Counted from the whole stretch's first letter, positions 1 to 12,013 are shown. The stretch is DNA of 63,991 nt, filler included, from Dimargaris cristalligena (GCA_003614675.1; 8 parts of 8 records of this genome joined end to end with filler, not necessarily neighbours in it), one strand, 5' to 3'. The notes: generated by a model not told the origin, from the letters alone. A program made the numbers and translations.

Positions 1-2
1 CT

Positions 3-1910
3 AACGGCCAGATTGAATGCCTCGGCCGGATCGATAATCAGGTGAAGTTACGGGGGTTCCGGATTGAACTCGGGGAAATAGAAAATGCCTTGGAAAGTCA
101 CCCCGCCGTGAATCAGGCTTGCGTTATGGTCCAGGACGAGAACCGTTTAATCGGCTACGTGGCTCCTCCTTCTAACGAGATGACCACCATTATGGACTCT
201 CTGCGAACTCGACTTCCTTACTACATGGTGCCGTCCATGCTTGTGGAACTTGTCGAATTACCGCTGACTCGGGTGGGCAAAGTAGATCGCAGGGCCCTAC
301 CCAGGCACGAATTTTCTACTGGAAAAAACAACCACGAAGCTGCTCAGGTTAGCCCGGCCGAAGCACAGCTCATTGATCTGATTGCTGAAACTCTCCGGAT
401 TGATCCGAGTGGTATCTCACCTCCGTCTACCTTTTTCCAAGTCGGTGGTAATTCCCTGTCGGCTATTCAATTGGTATCCCGCTGTCGTCGCCAAAACCTT
501 CACCTGGCTCTGGTGGATATTAGCCGGACCAACACGATTTCTTACCTTGCTGAACTGATTTCGGCTCCGCCAGACTCTATCGAAGGTATTATTGAAGATA
601 ACCGTGGTAATACCGATTTGGAATTAAGTATTGCCCGACTCACCGCGCCTCAGTTGGAGCTGTTCGCCCTCCAACTAGCCGACCCCCACTTCTTCTCGTT
701 ACCCACCATGTTTGAATCTCACAAGCAATTTACCCCCCAACAGTGGCAGGCCGCCTGGACCAAGGTGGTTCAGCGTCACGACATGCTCCGGGCCCGCTTT
801 CAGTCCCTCGATGGGGGAACGACATTCACAATTGTCGATTTGGATGACCCGTCGTCCACCTGTTTCGAATACCTACATATGGATGATATTCAGGACGCAC
901 TGGCCCAACTTAATGAAATTAACCACCGGATAAATTTTGAGACTGGGCCGATCTCCCAGGTTCGGGTGTTTGACGACCATGGAGCTCAATACGTCTACAT
1001 TGCCGTACACCACTTGGTCTTTGATTATTTTTCGGTCCAGATTGTCCGGGAAGACCTTTCGGCTTTCTTGACCGGCCGGACTCTCGAGCCCCTCACCCAT
1101 TCGTACAAATCGTGGGCCGATCACCTCTGGTCCCTGGCCCAATCTATTGATCCGTATAGTATTGACCTGCCGACTTCCTCTGTTGCTCTACCAATAGAGC
1201 TGCCCACGGATGGTGCCCCTATAACTAACGAAACCCGCGAACGCGCAGTGTGCCTCATTGGCCATAGTGTCACTCACCACCTCATGACCACCGTGGCCAA
1301 ACAGCTCGAGGCTACCCCAATTGAACTGATCTTGACGGCCCTAGTATGCGCCTACAGTCGCCAATTCGGACTTACCCATATAGATCTGTCGTATTTAGGT
1401 CACGGACGCAAGGATCCCCGTGGCCAATGCGATGTCTCCCGAACAGTAGGTTTCTTCGCTTGCCAGTTCCCCCTGGTTTTCCAATGCGCTTCGGAAAACG
1501 ACTTAGTAGGCACTTTGAGTGCCGTCCAAGCCACGCTAAGCACGGGCGTAGACAACGGCTTCCTATATAACGTAGTCAAGAACTTGCATGTATTCTCCAA
1601 TGACCAAATCGAACTCAAACGGCAGTTTGAGATGTTGCCCCAATTTGGCTTCACGTACTTGGATGATATGGCCATCTGCGATTCTTCCGACACGAATACT
1701 CTCCTGGTTGAACAGCCTGCGATGATCAACCACTTACGCACCTCTAAGAGCCAAAACAATTTTCCGTTTGTTCTCGACTTTTCGGCCTGGAACTCTGCAG
1801 GGGGCTTGGAACTCATTACTAATTTCAACTCAAAACGATTCCGAGAAAAAACCATTAGCGAGTTTACTTTGCAATGGAAAGAGTGTCTACTTGAATTGAC
1901 TCGTTTTTAG
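3..1910 (+). CDS. Non-ribosomal peptide synthetase, 3' part (A-domain C-terminus, PCP, terminal epimerization/condensation-like domain); 5' truncated by window edge
   Basis: Frame is open from nt 3 (NGQIECLGRIDNQVKLRGFRIELGEIE = A8 motif). A9/A10-like LPYYMVP and VGKVDR; PCP FFQVGGNSL; HHLVFD, LGHGRK, RTVGFF...FP and FTYL match E-domain motifs. No TE or R domain before the stop. Confidence 0.95.
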   Translation, partial: NGQIECLGRIDNQVKLRGFRIELGEIENALESHPAVNQACVMVQDENRLIGYVAPPSNEMTTIMDSLRTRLPYYMVPSMLVELVELPLTRVGKVDRRALPRHEFSTGKNNHEAAQVSPAEAQLIDLIAETLRIDPSGISPPSTFFQVGGNSLSAIQLVSRCRRQNLHLALVDISRTNTISYLAELISAPPDSIEGIIEDNRGNTDLELSIARLTAPQLELFALQLADPHFFSLPTMFESHKQFTPQQWQAAWTKVVQRHDMLRARFQSLDGGTTFTIVDLDDPSSTCFEYLHMDDIQDALAQLNEINHRINFETGPISQVRVFDDHGAQYVYIAVHHLVFDYFSVQIVREDLSAFLTGRTLEPLTHSYKSWADHLWSLAQSIDPYSIDLPTSSVALPIELPTDGAPITNETRERAVCLIGHSVTHHLMTTVAKQLEATPIELILTALVCAYSRQFGLTHIDLSYLGHGRKDPRGQCDVSRTVGFFACQFPLVFQCASENDLVGTLSAVQATLSTGVDNGFLYNVVKNLHVFSNDQIELKRQFEMLPQFGFTYLDDMAICDSSDTNTLLVEQPAMINHLRTSKSQNNFPFVLDFSAWNSAGGLELITNFNSKRFREKTISEFTLQWKECLLELTRF

Positions 1911-2235
1911 GCGCGCTCTATATCAATTCACAATGGGTTATATATGCCTGAATTACAGCTTGCCAAAGGGGTAATATCCGTACCAATTCAGACCACCTTT
2001 TTTTTATTATTAAATCCCAAGCTATATTTTGTGCTTCATTAACTAAAGACTTTTTAGGTACATTGAAAGCTCTTCTGTATAGGACATACACATGCAGCAG
2101 TGGTATAGTCGGTAGACATGGCAAAAACTGTTCATAAACTATACTATTATAAAGTTGGCGTATATTTAGAAAGACTTGGTTAATTACTGGATATTTTTAT
2201 TGGGTTTGGCTATTTCTACAATCCGGCACATCGGT

Positions 2236-3983
2236 TTAATCGGTGGTATGGATGGAAAGCTCGGACAGTTGGTGGCGAACCATTCGGCGCAGGTACTGTG
2301 AACGAGTGTCCAGGGACTGGTTTGTCTGTCCATTTGCGACAGAGGGGAAAGGAGTAGATGCTGAGGTTTCCACAATCTGCTCTCGTAGGCCACAGGCAGC
2401 GGTCAGAATCGCATGTGTCTGGTCGATAATGAAACAGAGCTCCTCGTTGACCGACGGAACTACTCAAGGTAAAAATAGAGCGGGGATGAATATATGCATA
2501 TTATTAGATAACCGAGGTCAAAATGGGAAGTGTTAGAAGGAAAGACTAAAATGGCAAGGCACCTAACCTATGCATTCTCATGGGGTTGGTTCTGATTGAG
2601 AAATCGGGCAGTTGGTCTCACTGAACTGGCCTATTAGATACAGAAAAACCGCGAGCTATTAAGGGTTTTACATTTACCAGGTAGCTTAGGACAAGAATAG
2701 TCGAAAAGTGATACCTACCGTCTTTTGCCTGGGCAATATAGTCGAAAGCGGCGAGAGGCTGAAGTTTTCTAAAATAACTATACTCTTGATTAACCTTCCC
2801 GAGTTCCCGGGTCAGTGTACGGTTAAAATATTGGGCCTGTTGGGAATTGTTAAGTTTATAAAATTGAGTACGCGTGTATAAGTCATAAAAAAATATTCTA
2901 GAAAGAGCTGAATCGAGTATTGATGCTTGGTAGGGCGAATACTATATGGGGTATTGGAATGGAGGAAATGTCGATTATTAGGGTATAAAATAGTAATTCG
3001 ATATCTAGACAAATAATAAGACTTACCGCCTGCAGCTTTGCTCGTATTTTCGAGATTTCCGTGTCAAGATTCGCTTCATCTTCGGGAGTGACTGAAGAAT
3101 CATAGCCCTGGTAGGGATTATTTGTTATGGTGGTGGTCAATAGAAAGGTTAGGCGAGAAATGGTGGTGTTGCAAAATATGAAACGATATTGGAGCCCCTT
3201 ATCATCGACATTGACCTAAAAACTTGAGCGGTCGATTCTTACCAAATAATCTGTAAATTTAAGGGCACTTACCTCATGGTGCGGAAGGGTGATGTTAGCG
3301 TCTGGTGGAATACTGAAGATATTGCGCAACGAGTAAAGTTCAAAAATATCAAAATATTTATCCACGGCGTTCTCCAGGAGGGTTTCGATTTGGTGGATTC
3401 CCTAATTATTCAGGATTGGGCAATGGTGGGCCAAGGCAAGGTTACATTCATTAGCGGGAAAGGTTATAGTTGATATTGTAATAGCTTAGAATATATAATG
3501 GCCACTGTGTAAAACAATATCACGGCAATTATAGACTTAAACTGTGGAATAAGAATGACAGGGTGGGCAACAAAGAGTGCACTAAATAGACCAATAAGTC
3601 AGTTGCAAGTAGCGTGTTTCATTATCTTTCGGATAACAATAGAAGTGTGGGCTTACCTGCTCGGCCTCGGGACATTCGCCCATCTCTTTGGTAATAAACC
3701 GTTCTAATGACGACGTAGCCTGGTACAAAATATCGTTCACAGCATTGATAATGTCGTCAATGCACGACAGAGGCGTGAACCCGAAGTGTTCGATGATTAG
3801 TTCAGCCTGGGCATCGGATTCGGCCAACTCTATTTGGAAGGTCGATGGGGTGGCATGTGTGGCTGTTCCGGAATAAGGGGGGCCAACGGGGGCTTGGACA
3901 TGGTCAACCCTGGACAGCCGCTGTTTCTTATGGGCAATGGGTTTATCCATGGTAGCTCCAGGCGGAGAGTTGGCATGGTCCAT
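2236..3983 (-). CDS. MIS12: Kinetochore protein Mis12/Mtw1 (5 exons: 3983-3657, 3401-3273, 3107-3027, 2836-2719, 2459-2236)
   Basis: EHFGFTPLSCIDDIINAVN and GIHQIETLLENAVDKYFDIFELYSLRNIF match Mis12 N-terminal motifs. GT-AG introns join in consistent phase to TAA at 2238-2236. Start may be 3983 or 3950. Confidence 0.88.
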
Positions 3984-4719
3984 AGTGAAAGCTGTTTAAA
4001 TTAAATGAGTGTGGGAAGGAAATGAGGTATTATACAAAGAGAAAGGCCAGTATACTATGAATGTAGCGAATTAAAGTTTATAACACAATATGTGTTGTCT
4101 ACCAGAACAAGATACAATAATAGAATAAAGGAATGTGTATCCTTGGGCTTAAAGAGGAATCGTCTGGACAGGGTATTAGAACTCAGCTTGACTGACTTAA
4201 TCCCTGCTTTCCAAAACAACCCCATTTCTGGGGCAATCCAACTGACAGGTTAAATTTCTATGGATTAGGTAAACAATTACCGAGTTCACGTGATTAAATT
4301 TGGGAACGAACAATCATATCTGCTTCTACTAATAACTTGTAATCCGGATTACTTTTCACTCAGCACAGCATCAACATAAAAAAATATATGCCATACATTT
4401 GATGGATCGGTCCAAACTATTTGTACTGGGTATATTAGAAAAACAGGCGGGTAATAATTTAAGAGAAATGGAACACCCCATCACTCAATTGGATTCCGTA
4501 GGTTAATTGGGATAAGGGGATATAGACTTAAACATTAGAACCCCAGCAAATAGGACAAACCCTCCAGTCACTGCTTTTAAAAGGTCCGTAGGTAAATTAA
4601 GGAACTCTCAGTCGAACAGGCTCTTGATTTAGTAAATAGAGAAATAGTAGGTTAGCAGGGCCCCTCGAAAGTAGGCGGCCCGGCATGGTAAAAGCCCTAT
4701 AAACATTGGCAAGCATAGC

Positions 4720-7700
4720 TTAAAAATGCTTGTTATAGCGGAAGTCCAGGGGCATAGCGAGTACCCCGTCAGTAAACGGCCGTAACGATTCCGTTGGGGA
4801 GGATCCGGGGATGATGGGTGCGGCGGCGGTGTGAGTGGCGGACGCCTCGGCCTCCTGAGTTCGGGGTGGGCCTACCAAGCTAAGCTGAGCCGTTTGGGTC
4901 TCCAGGTCATGCATGGCGGGGGGTGGTTTGTTCGGCCCAGCGGATATGGACGAACGTCGACTGGAAAAGCCCCGACTGCTCGGGGGACCTCGACCCCCCG
5001 GCCGCGTCGGGGAGGCGATACGGCTGGTTACCGCGCTCGGAAGGTCCAGGTTAAAACAGTGACAGCCACAACCGGCGGGACACTCCCGGCTACGGTCCTT
5101 GGAGAACCATTGCTGAATATGGTCATCGTGACCCATATGGCCGCAGAGCCAGCAGAAGAACGAAGTCCCTTTGATGAGCTGACGGCAAACCACGCAGGTG
5201 GTTGATCCCGGCAGCGACGGGGGTGGAGGCGCCGGGTGGAGGGTGGGTGTGGGGAGGGCGACGGTACCGGGACCCGGGGTGGTGGCCATAGAGACCGGCG
5301 TTTCCACCTCCCGGTCGAATACAATCCGGCTGGTCGTATGACTATACACCAGTTGGCGGAGTTTAGGGGTTTGCAGGAATTTAAGAATCTCGCAACGGGC
5401 CAGCTGAAGGCCCCACCGGTCCAGAATTTCCGCGTACATCATGCGGTAGTGGTCAAACATGGCCGCCTGCTGTGGGTCCAGTAAGGGCTTCCAATGGGGG
5501 TTGTAGTCGCTATCCATCTGATCATCTAAATGGGTAACCCGCTTCCAAGTGGAGGGGGCAGTCGATACCGGTTTATGGGCCAGTTGCCGTTGCTGATCCT
5601 CAGCACTGAAGGTGGGTAAGAAGTCGAGGTGGTGACGGATGGGAGCACGGCGCCGGCCCAAGGGACCTATCTGACTCCCTTGGGTTGACGACCTAGCCGG
5701 CCGGGGGTCGTCGTCGGTAGGTCGCAGGGGATGTCCCCCCCGGCCCTCTCTCGCGCCCATCATCGATTCGGCTGGCCCCAACGGGGACTTGCGCTGATCA
5801 AAGTGCTTCGCGGAAGGTTTCTTAGTGTGGGGAGTGGTGGCCGTGGCACCGGTGGTACGACCGACCGGTCCCTGCTTAAACCAGTTCATAATGCGGGTCG
5901 TCGTGGTGACACTACTGCCACTGGGCTCGTAATCAACCATACTCGCGGAAGTAGGGGAGGTAGGGGTGGCCATTTTAGCCGGACCGCTGGCGCTGGAATA
6001 AGCGGACAGGGCGAGTTTGTCGGTGGATGCCGGGGTCGACAAATCCAGAGGAAGCGTGTTCTTACGTGGCAGGGGTGCCTGAGTGGTCATCTCCTGCACA
6101 GCTGAGTTGCGACGGGACTTCGGACCCTCGGCCGAGCTAGCCACCGCCGGGAAAGGAAGGCTCGTAAAGTGACCGACAAGGGGGCCGGCGGAGACTGGCC
6201 CCGGACTGACATCTAAGGAAGCATTGGAGGGAGGTAGTAAGCGGGGTCCGAGGGCGCGTTTAGCCGTCGCACCGGAGGGGACCCATCCGGGAGACAAAGA
6301 GGCCCGACTAGCCCCGGTGGTGGGCCCAGGGTGCAGATGTGGGGAGCGTAAGGGGTGGAAGATCGGGGGATAGATCCAGCCGTGGTGGGGGGACAAACTA
6401 CCAGTGGAGTTGCCCGATAGGGGCGGGTGCCACCACAACCGGTTGGCGTTAGGGCCCGTCAATTGGCTGAAAGCCGCAATGGCCGGGGGGGTGTCGAGGA
6501 AGCCCGTGGCCAAAGCAGCGCGAGGATCACCGGTCATATCGAAGCGGTCTTCGGGCTTCGATTCACTCGCTGTCCGCTCCGCTTCGGCCGTCAGGGCCAT
6601 CGGAGGAGGGGGCAGTTGCATCGGCCCGGTTGAATTGGTGCCCGAGTCCTGGGTGGCCCACCGCGAACCAAAGTAGTCGTGTTGGAGGGACTGGTTGGAG
6701 TACGGAGTGGTCAGGCCCGACGGGGATTGGCCAACCGTGGCGAATGCGGGCATGGCAGGCGGTGGGGGGAGGGTCATCACCATAGGCCCCATCCGGCTGG
6801 CCAGTCGACTCACCGGGGTGGCCGAGACCGGGGGTGGAGCAGCGGGAGCCGGTGCGGCCCAGGTGTCTACTTTGTGGGGCTGGGGGGGTGGGTCGAAAGG
6901 CCGAACCCCGGGGGCCTGGTTAACCCAAGTGCGTCGGTCGTTCAGCACCATCCACGCAGGGACAGGCGGAAAGGGCTGCTGGAGTAAACAGGATAGCACA
7001 CAGAGGGTTTGGATATCGTTGATGCTTTCGTAGAAATTCAGAATAAGGTCAACGAGGGCCCGGCCTAATGGGTGCGCACCCCACTGTACGGCCTGGGGTA
7101 TACTGGAATCGCCCGTACCGGTCGGAGGCAGGTTGAGATTGAGGCCTAAGTAGGAGAGATCGACGGTGGTTACCCCGGGGGGTGGAATACACGGCTCCCC
7201 CGACCCTGCGACTGCAAACGACCGCTCCTTAGCATCCGAATCGGGCGTTGAATCAGTGTAATGAGATACCAGCTGGGCAATGGGTGGTGCATTCTTCGGG
7301 GACCGGGTAAGCGCCGGATTAGGCCCCGAGCCCTGGGCAATCGGAGTATGTACCGTATAGTACGGGCCGATTAATGAGGGGGCGAACAATGGGGCATACG
7401 GGTCCACGTAATGGAGGTAATGGCCCTGGACGTGCAGTCGACAGGCGGAAAAGTCAGTCAATAGGTACATGACGATCGTCATCGTTTGCACTAGGTCGGG
7501 ACGCCCCTGCAATGCAGCAACACCGGCATTGGCCCTGGCCAGGGCCACTGGGTCATGGCCGTGGACTTGGTACATGCGGGCCAGGTCGAAATTGAGCGGC
7601 GACAGGGCTGGGATGGAAACGCTATAGACATAGTTGCCTAGGTTGTCGCCGGACTGGTCAGTGCCAGGTACAGATGTATGACGCCCTCGCTCGGCGGGTT

Positions 7701-8049
7701 TACCGGTGGCGTCAGTAGCTGTGGCCGCCCCCTCCGCCGCCATCGAGGTGGGCGGGAAAAAGGGATCACCGCTTGGTTCTTCCAGCGGGTCCGGACTGGT
7801 TCGGGTCGTCTTGGGCTGTACAAATAAGGTAGGCAGGGTCAAGAAATCATTTTCGTTCCCCGAGTCATTTTCACTATCGATGGTGTCGGCTTCCTCCGAA
7901 TAGAGGCTCTCCCCGGAGGCGTGAAGGGCGGGATCACTCGCCAAGCTCTTGAGACTCTTGAAGCTCGGCGAGGTTAGACCCGTCATCGACGCCTTACTCG
8001 GGTGGGGAGTAGTAGACCCATTTTCATTCAGACTACGGCGCTCCGAGCT
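4720..8049 (-). CDS. WDR59: GATOR2/SEACAT subunit WDR59/Sea3 (Mtc5), 3' part; 5' truncated at contig end
   Basis: WGAHPLGRALV...DIQTLCVLSCLL, YAEILDRWGL and C-terminal RING CVVC...CWLCGHMGH...W...CPAGCGCHC are characteristic of WDR59. Frame stays open from 7986 to the spacer. Confidence 0.85.
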   Translation of the reverse strand, partial: SSERRSLNENGSTTPHPSKASMTGLTSPSFKSLKSLASDPALHASGESLYSEEADTIDSENDSGNENDFLTLPTLFVQPKTTRTSPDPLEEPSGDPFFPPTSMAAEGAATATDATGKPAERGRHTSVPGTDQSGDNLGNYVYSVSIPALSPLNFDLARMYQVHGHDPVALARANAGVAALQGRPDLVQTMTIVMYLLTDFSACRLHVQGHYLHYVDPYAPLFAPSLIGPYYTVHTPIAQGSGPNPALTRSPKNAPPIAQLVSHYTDSTPDSDAKERSFAVAGSGEPCIPPPGVTTVDLSYLGLNLNLPPTGTGDSSIPQAVQWGAHPLGRALVDLILNFYESINDIQTLCVLSCLLQQPFPPVPAWMVLNDRRTWVNQAPGVRPFDPPPQPHKVDTWAAPAPAAPPPVSATPVSRLASRMGPMVMTLPPPPAMPAFATVGQSPSGLTTPYSNQSLQHDYFGSRWATQDSGTNSTGPMQLPPPPMALTAEAERTASESKPEDRFDMTGDPRAALATGFLDTPPAIAAFSQLTGPNANRLWWHPPLSGNSTGSLSPHHGWIYPPIFHPLRSPHLHPGPTTGASRASLSPGWVPSGATAKRALGPRLLPPSNASLDVSPGPVSAGPLVGHFTSLPFPAVASSAEGPKSRRNSAVQEMTTQAPLPRKNTLPLDLSTPASTDKLALSAYSSASGPAKMATPTSPTSASMVDYEPSGSSVTTTTRIMNWFKQGPVGRTTGATATTPHTKKPSAKHFDQRKSPLGPAESMMGAREGRGGHPLRPTDDDPRPARSSTQGSQIGPLGRRRAPIRHHLDFLPTFSAEDQQRQLAHKPVSTAPSTWKRVTHLDDQMDSDYNPHWKPLLDPQQAAMFDHYRMMYAEILDRWGLQLARCEILKFLQTPKLRQLVYSHTTSRIVFDREVETPVSMATTPGPGTVALPTPTLHPAPPPPSLPGSTTCVVCRQLIKGTSFFCWLCGHMGHDDHIQQWFSKDRSRECPAGCGCHCFNLDLPSAVTSRIASPTRPGGRGPPSSRGFSSRRSSISAGPNKPPPAMHDLETQTAQLSLVGPPRTQEAEASATHTAAAPIIPGSSPTESLRPFTDGVLAMPLDFRYNKHF

Positions 8050-8149
8050 NNNNNNNNNNNNNNNNNNNNNNNNNNNNNNNNNNNNNNNNNNNNTTAATTA
8101 ATTAANNNNNNNNNNNNNNNNNNNNNNNNNNNNNNNNNNNNNNNNNNNN
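8050..8149. other. Artificial contig spacer (N-TTAATTAATTAA-N)
   Basis: 100-nt N block with a six-frame stop linker. Confidence 0.99.
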
Positions 8150-8204
8150 TGGAAAATCAAGTTAGTCACTCATTAAAAGTTGGGCTCTGCGTGACCCCCC
8201 TCCC
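8150..8204 (-). repeat. 55-bp repeat, exact reverse complement of 14485-14539
   Basis: TGGAAAATCAAGTTAGTCACTCATTAAAAGTTGGGCTCTGCGTGACCCCCCTCCC at the contig start. Confidence 0.9.
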
Positions 8205-9464
8205 ATGTGTTTCTCTTGTATAAAGTGGTTACATAGTAATTCAATAGTTAAAAATCACCTCGGGATGTGTGTGTGAGAAACTGTTTTCCTGCTTGTATTG
8301 TAGCGGAACTGCCAAGAACACTAATTTTTCCGACCATCTGTGGCACGTAATACTTTAAAAAGTGTGGCTTGAGCATACTATTCGAAATGCTAGATCGAAA
8401 GCAAGGTTAAAATAATCCAACACTCCGCCTGCATCAAGATCATACACGAATTTCGGTGCAGATAACTAAATATAGCCCGGCATCGGAGTCCCGACACTAT
8501 ACCGACCTATTAAAAATACGCAAGGTGGAGCAGTCCATATCATAATGACTCAGGTAAATTTAAAAGTGCTTGCCCTCCATGGTCCCCTGCTTATCCTAAG
8601 ATATTCATACCAAAATATGATATCACTAACGACAACATTTTCTATTATCGGGTTAAATACTACACTGACCCTTGCTAAACATACTACCCCTGGTTGATAT
8701 TGCTATAATCCGGTCTAGGTAAGAGCGATGCACTCCAGTCTAACACAGTTCCCGATCGGTTTTTGACTGCAGAGATTGGGGTCAATAGCCCCCATGACCA
8801 CCTATCGGTCGCCGTCTCTGCAAAAGCACTTTGTTTACCAGCCCCCTCAAACCCACCATATATATGTATACCATAGCCCAACATTAAGCATCGACAGTAA
8901 AGAAAAGTGTGCTATTATACCCATCGCATTTGCGATGTTCATAGTCACCTTATTTTCTGGTATCTTATAATAATAATAATTATTACACCCTTTGAATTTA
9001 TATCGCCTCCTCCATTTGCTACAAAGCAGCCCACAGATGGCAGAAAACCCTCACGTCCTCCGCGCCCCTGTTCTCCCACCCTCGCAAAAGAACTCTGTGC
9101 CACCTTCGCCCAAAGGACCTTGCATGTATCATATCTGTTAGGTGATTACCGTACCTCTTCTATGTGGTATGTATATAACTACCCAACTACACGACACAAA
9201 TTCAGCTGATATGTTTAGGATATTCAAACGCGATAGTGCGTTGTGCTATAGCAGTCATGCCAAAGCCAGTCGCCAAGGAAAAATAGAAACGTTTAGAACG
9301 GTATGACGCGAAAAAATAGGTGGCTTGGCACTGATGGTAAATACTATTTATTTATTTACCCCCAAAATATAGCCCTATGAGCCAGTGAAATATGATGCAT
9401 CATAGTCATGTGACAAAATTTATCGCTTCTCGGACACAAGCTGAGGAAGCTCTCTGCCTATTCC

Positions 9465-10487
9465 TTATGAGGCCAGCCTCATCTTATACATCATTTCTTC
9501 AACCGACTGCTTCACCTCACGGCCTCCAGTACTAAACCCGCCGTCGGAGTTGATATCTGACCGATCACCTCGGAAATGCACTTGCCTGATCAACGACGGC
9601 CGGATGGAATAGATATCAATTTCGTGCCGTTCCTCCATTTCAATAATCATGACATCGATGGGGTGGTTGGGGGGCGAAATGCCCTTGAGCAATTTCCGCG
9701 CACCCTGTTTCGAGACGGCGTAGCCGTGGGTGCAGGCGGAGGTATCCCCCCGGTAAAGGTTGGCCTTGAGATCGACGGCGTAGAGCAGGTTGCCCACACT
9801 GCTACCGCAGTGCCCTATGAAAAAAGCGTCCCAAGGACGGTCGCCGATAGCGGCCCGGGCCCGGGCCACCTTGGCTTCAATATTCCAGTCGAAGTCAATG
9901 TCGTCCTCCAAGATTAAAGCGGTCTCGATGGCGGGATTGTCAACCACTTCCTGGTACACTCGCATGTGGCTGTCCCAACAGGCCAGGTAACTATCCCCCA
10001 TGCCCTCAGAGCCGGGCGGGAACTTGGACCGGTCGAGAGTGAGTTTGTCGGTGGCGGGGAAGACGGTCATATTGAGATGCATAAAGTCGGCGAGTTGACG
10101 CATGCGGGCCAAGTGGTCCGTGCGGCGTTCCAAATTGATAAGAAACACCTTGTCGAACCCCAGGCGGGTGGTGGGCAGGGTCGCAGGCCCCCCATAGCCT
10201 TCCTGGTATGATTCCAGGGTGGGTCGAAGTACAGTGCCTCGTGGTGGTGGGTCGTACTCGCGCACAAACACGTTGAGGTGGTAGCTGAGGATGGTCATGG
10301 CGATTAGCGACAGTGCGATGTATATCGCCACCAGCCTGCCTTTATTACGCCGAAAGAAACGACGGATACGGTCTAGCTTGGAGGCCGGGGCAAGAGAGCG
10401 GGGGTGCTCAGGGCTTGGCGACGAGTCAGAACCCACCGGGCTGAGCATTAATTGCTCATAATCCTTAGTGGATGATGACCCGAACAT
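9465..10487 (-). CDS. Glycosyltransferase family 25, type II membrane protein, copy 1
   Basis: VFLINLERRTDHL, ACWDSHMRVY, ALILEDD, CTHGYAVSKQGARKLL and PID are GT25 motifs; single N-terminal TM helix; intronless. Confidence 0.9.
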   Translation of the reverse strand: MFGSSSTKDYEQLMLSPVGSDSSPSPEHPRSLAPASKLDRIRRFFRRNKGRLVAIYIALSLIAMTILSYHLNVFVREYDPPPRGTVLRPTLESYQEGYGGPATLPTTRLGFDKVFLINLERRTDHLARMRQLADFMHLNMTVFPATDKLTLDRSKFPPGSEGMGDSYLACWDSHMRVYQEVVDNPAIETALILEDDIDFDWNIEAKVARARAAIGDRPWDAFFIGHCGSSVGNLLYAVDLKANLYRGDTSACTHGYAVSKQGARKLLKGISPPNHPIDVMIIEMEERHEIDIYSIRPSLIRQVHFRGDRSDINSDGGFSTGGREVKQSVEEMMYKMRLAS

Positions 10488-11877
10488 GGTGGTGGGGATA
10501 TATACCTGTGTAGGAGGGGTGCCGCAGAAATTTGGGATGAACTGTAGTCAGCCCAAAAGTGTAGTTTACGTGGTACTAGTTAAATAAGAATCGATCGTAT
10601 AATGGTGTAAAAAACATTGGTATTTGGTTAACCAGAGTCGTCGAAAAACCACATATGAAATAAGAAGCTGTAAGTGAAAGGAAAACTGGTTTATTAGACT
10701 TGGTGGGCAACAACGAAATAAGAGGAATATCAATGACTGATGGATGTGATACATATATATCTGCCTGCTCATGGCTTAGAAGGAGGGATGCGGGTGAACA
10801 ATGTGGAAGGCGTGAATATCATCCATTGGTTTGTCTCATCATTGCCGGCGATCCTCTCCAATCACGAATACACAGTGGCAATTAAATTAAACGGCATTAA
10901 CGCCGGCAGCGATGACCGCAAGGTTTGGCCCCCCCATCCCTTTGTCTGTCCCTGTCCGGTTTCACTAGCTTGCAGCCGGACCAGGCCGAGTGGAGAGAAA
11001 ATTCTACCTTTCCAAGTACAGCCAACGTTGAGTGAATGGGTTTATCTTGTAAATAACTTTGCACAGTACTGAATATTTACCCGCAAGCTCTGGGTTGTTG
11101 TAGGGTTATATCCTAATAGTATTGGATATCTGATAATGAGAGGTATTTAACTAGCCAATGGTGGAATTGCCGGTGCAACCGCCGACTAGCGCCAACCGCC
11201 GGGGGGTGGCGAGTCACCTGACCTACCGATGGAGAGGGAAGTCCAAAGGCGGCCTGCGAGCAATAGCCGTCCGCCCCATTTTGCCCACTGGACGAAATTG
11301 GATAATAAAAAATAAATGAATCCCCACACTATCTCAGGTTTGTCATCTTTCTAATATTTAAATACATCATTATACTTCTGCCTAATTATACCATTTCGGA
11401 TTTTACCTCGTTCGAAGTATTCTACGGTGGAAACTTCCCCCTCCTCCTCTGCTCTCCGCTACAGTGGGTTCTTCTAACTAAAGGATAACTATAGGAGGTG
11501 GCTCGGCCTTATATTATTGTGGTCCGCCTAGACCGTTCTTGAATAAGACTGGGCTATCCAGTGGCCCATCCTACTATATATAGGATAGACTATATCAATC
11601 AATAGGAACTGCCTACGGGGTAGCCAGGATGCTCCACTTGAGGAGGCTTCCGGTCCCATACACCTCAGCATCCGCTCCCCTCCATGGGTCTGGGACAATC
11701 ATTTTCTGTCCTATGCAATACGAACTATCTACTCGGCTAATAAACGTCAATTCGTGGTAGCAATATGCTCAAACGAACTAATAATAAAAGCATAGAGGCA
11801 GCACTGAATATGCGGGAAGACGCTATACAAATGGAAAATAATGGCAGTGGATAAAAAATCGGATATATCGAATATAT

Positions 11878-12013
11878 GGGAGAGGTTCGACCAGGCTGTA
11901 TAACGAACCTTCCGTAGGATGAGGCAAATATTACTTGGATAAAATCTATATCCCGCATATTTTCTCGGCCGTGTACCATTTAAAGCCTTATACAGCTGGG
12001 CCGGTTTTCACAC
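11878..12013 (+). mobile_element. 136-bp MITE family, copy A (degenerate)
   Basis: GGGAGAGGTTCG..GCTGTATAA ... TTATACAGCTGG..TTTCACAC imperfect TIRs; similar to copies at 17499, 30717, 40432, 40759, 41009; TSD imperfect (ATAT/ATCC). Confidence 0.8.
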
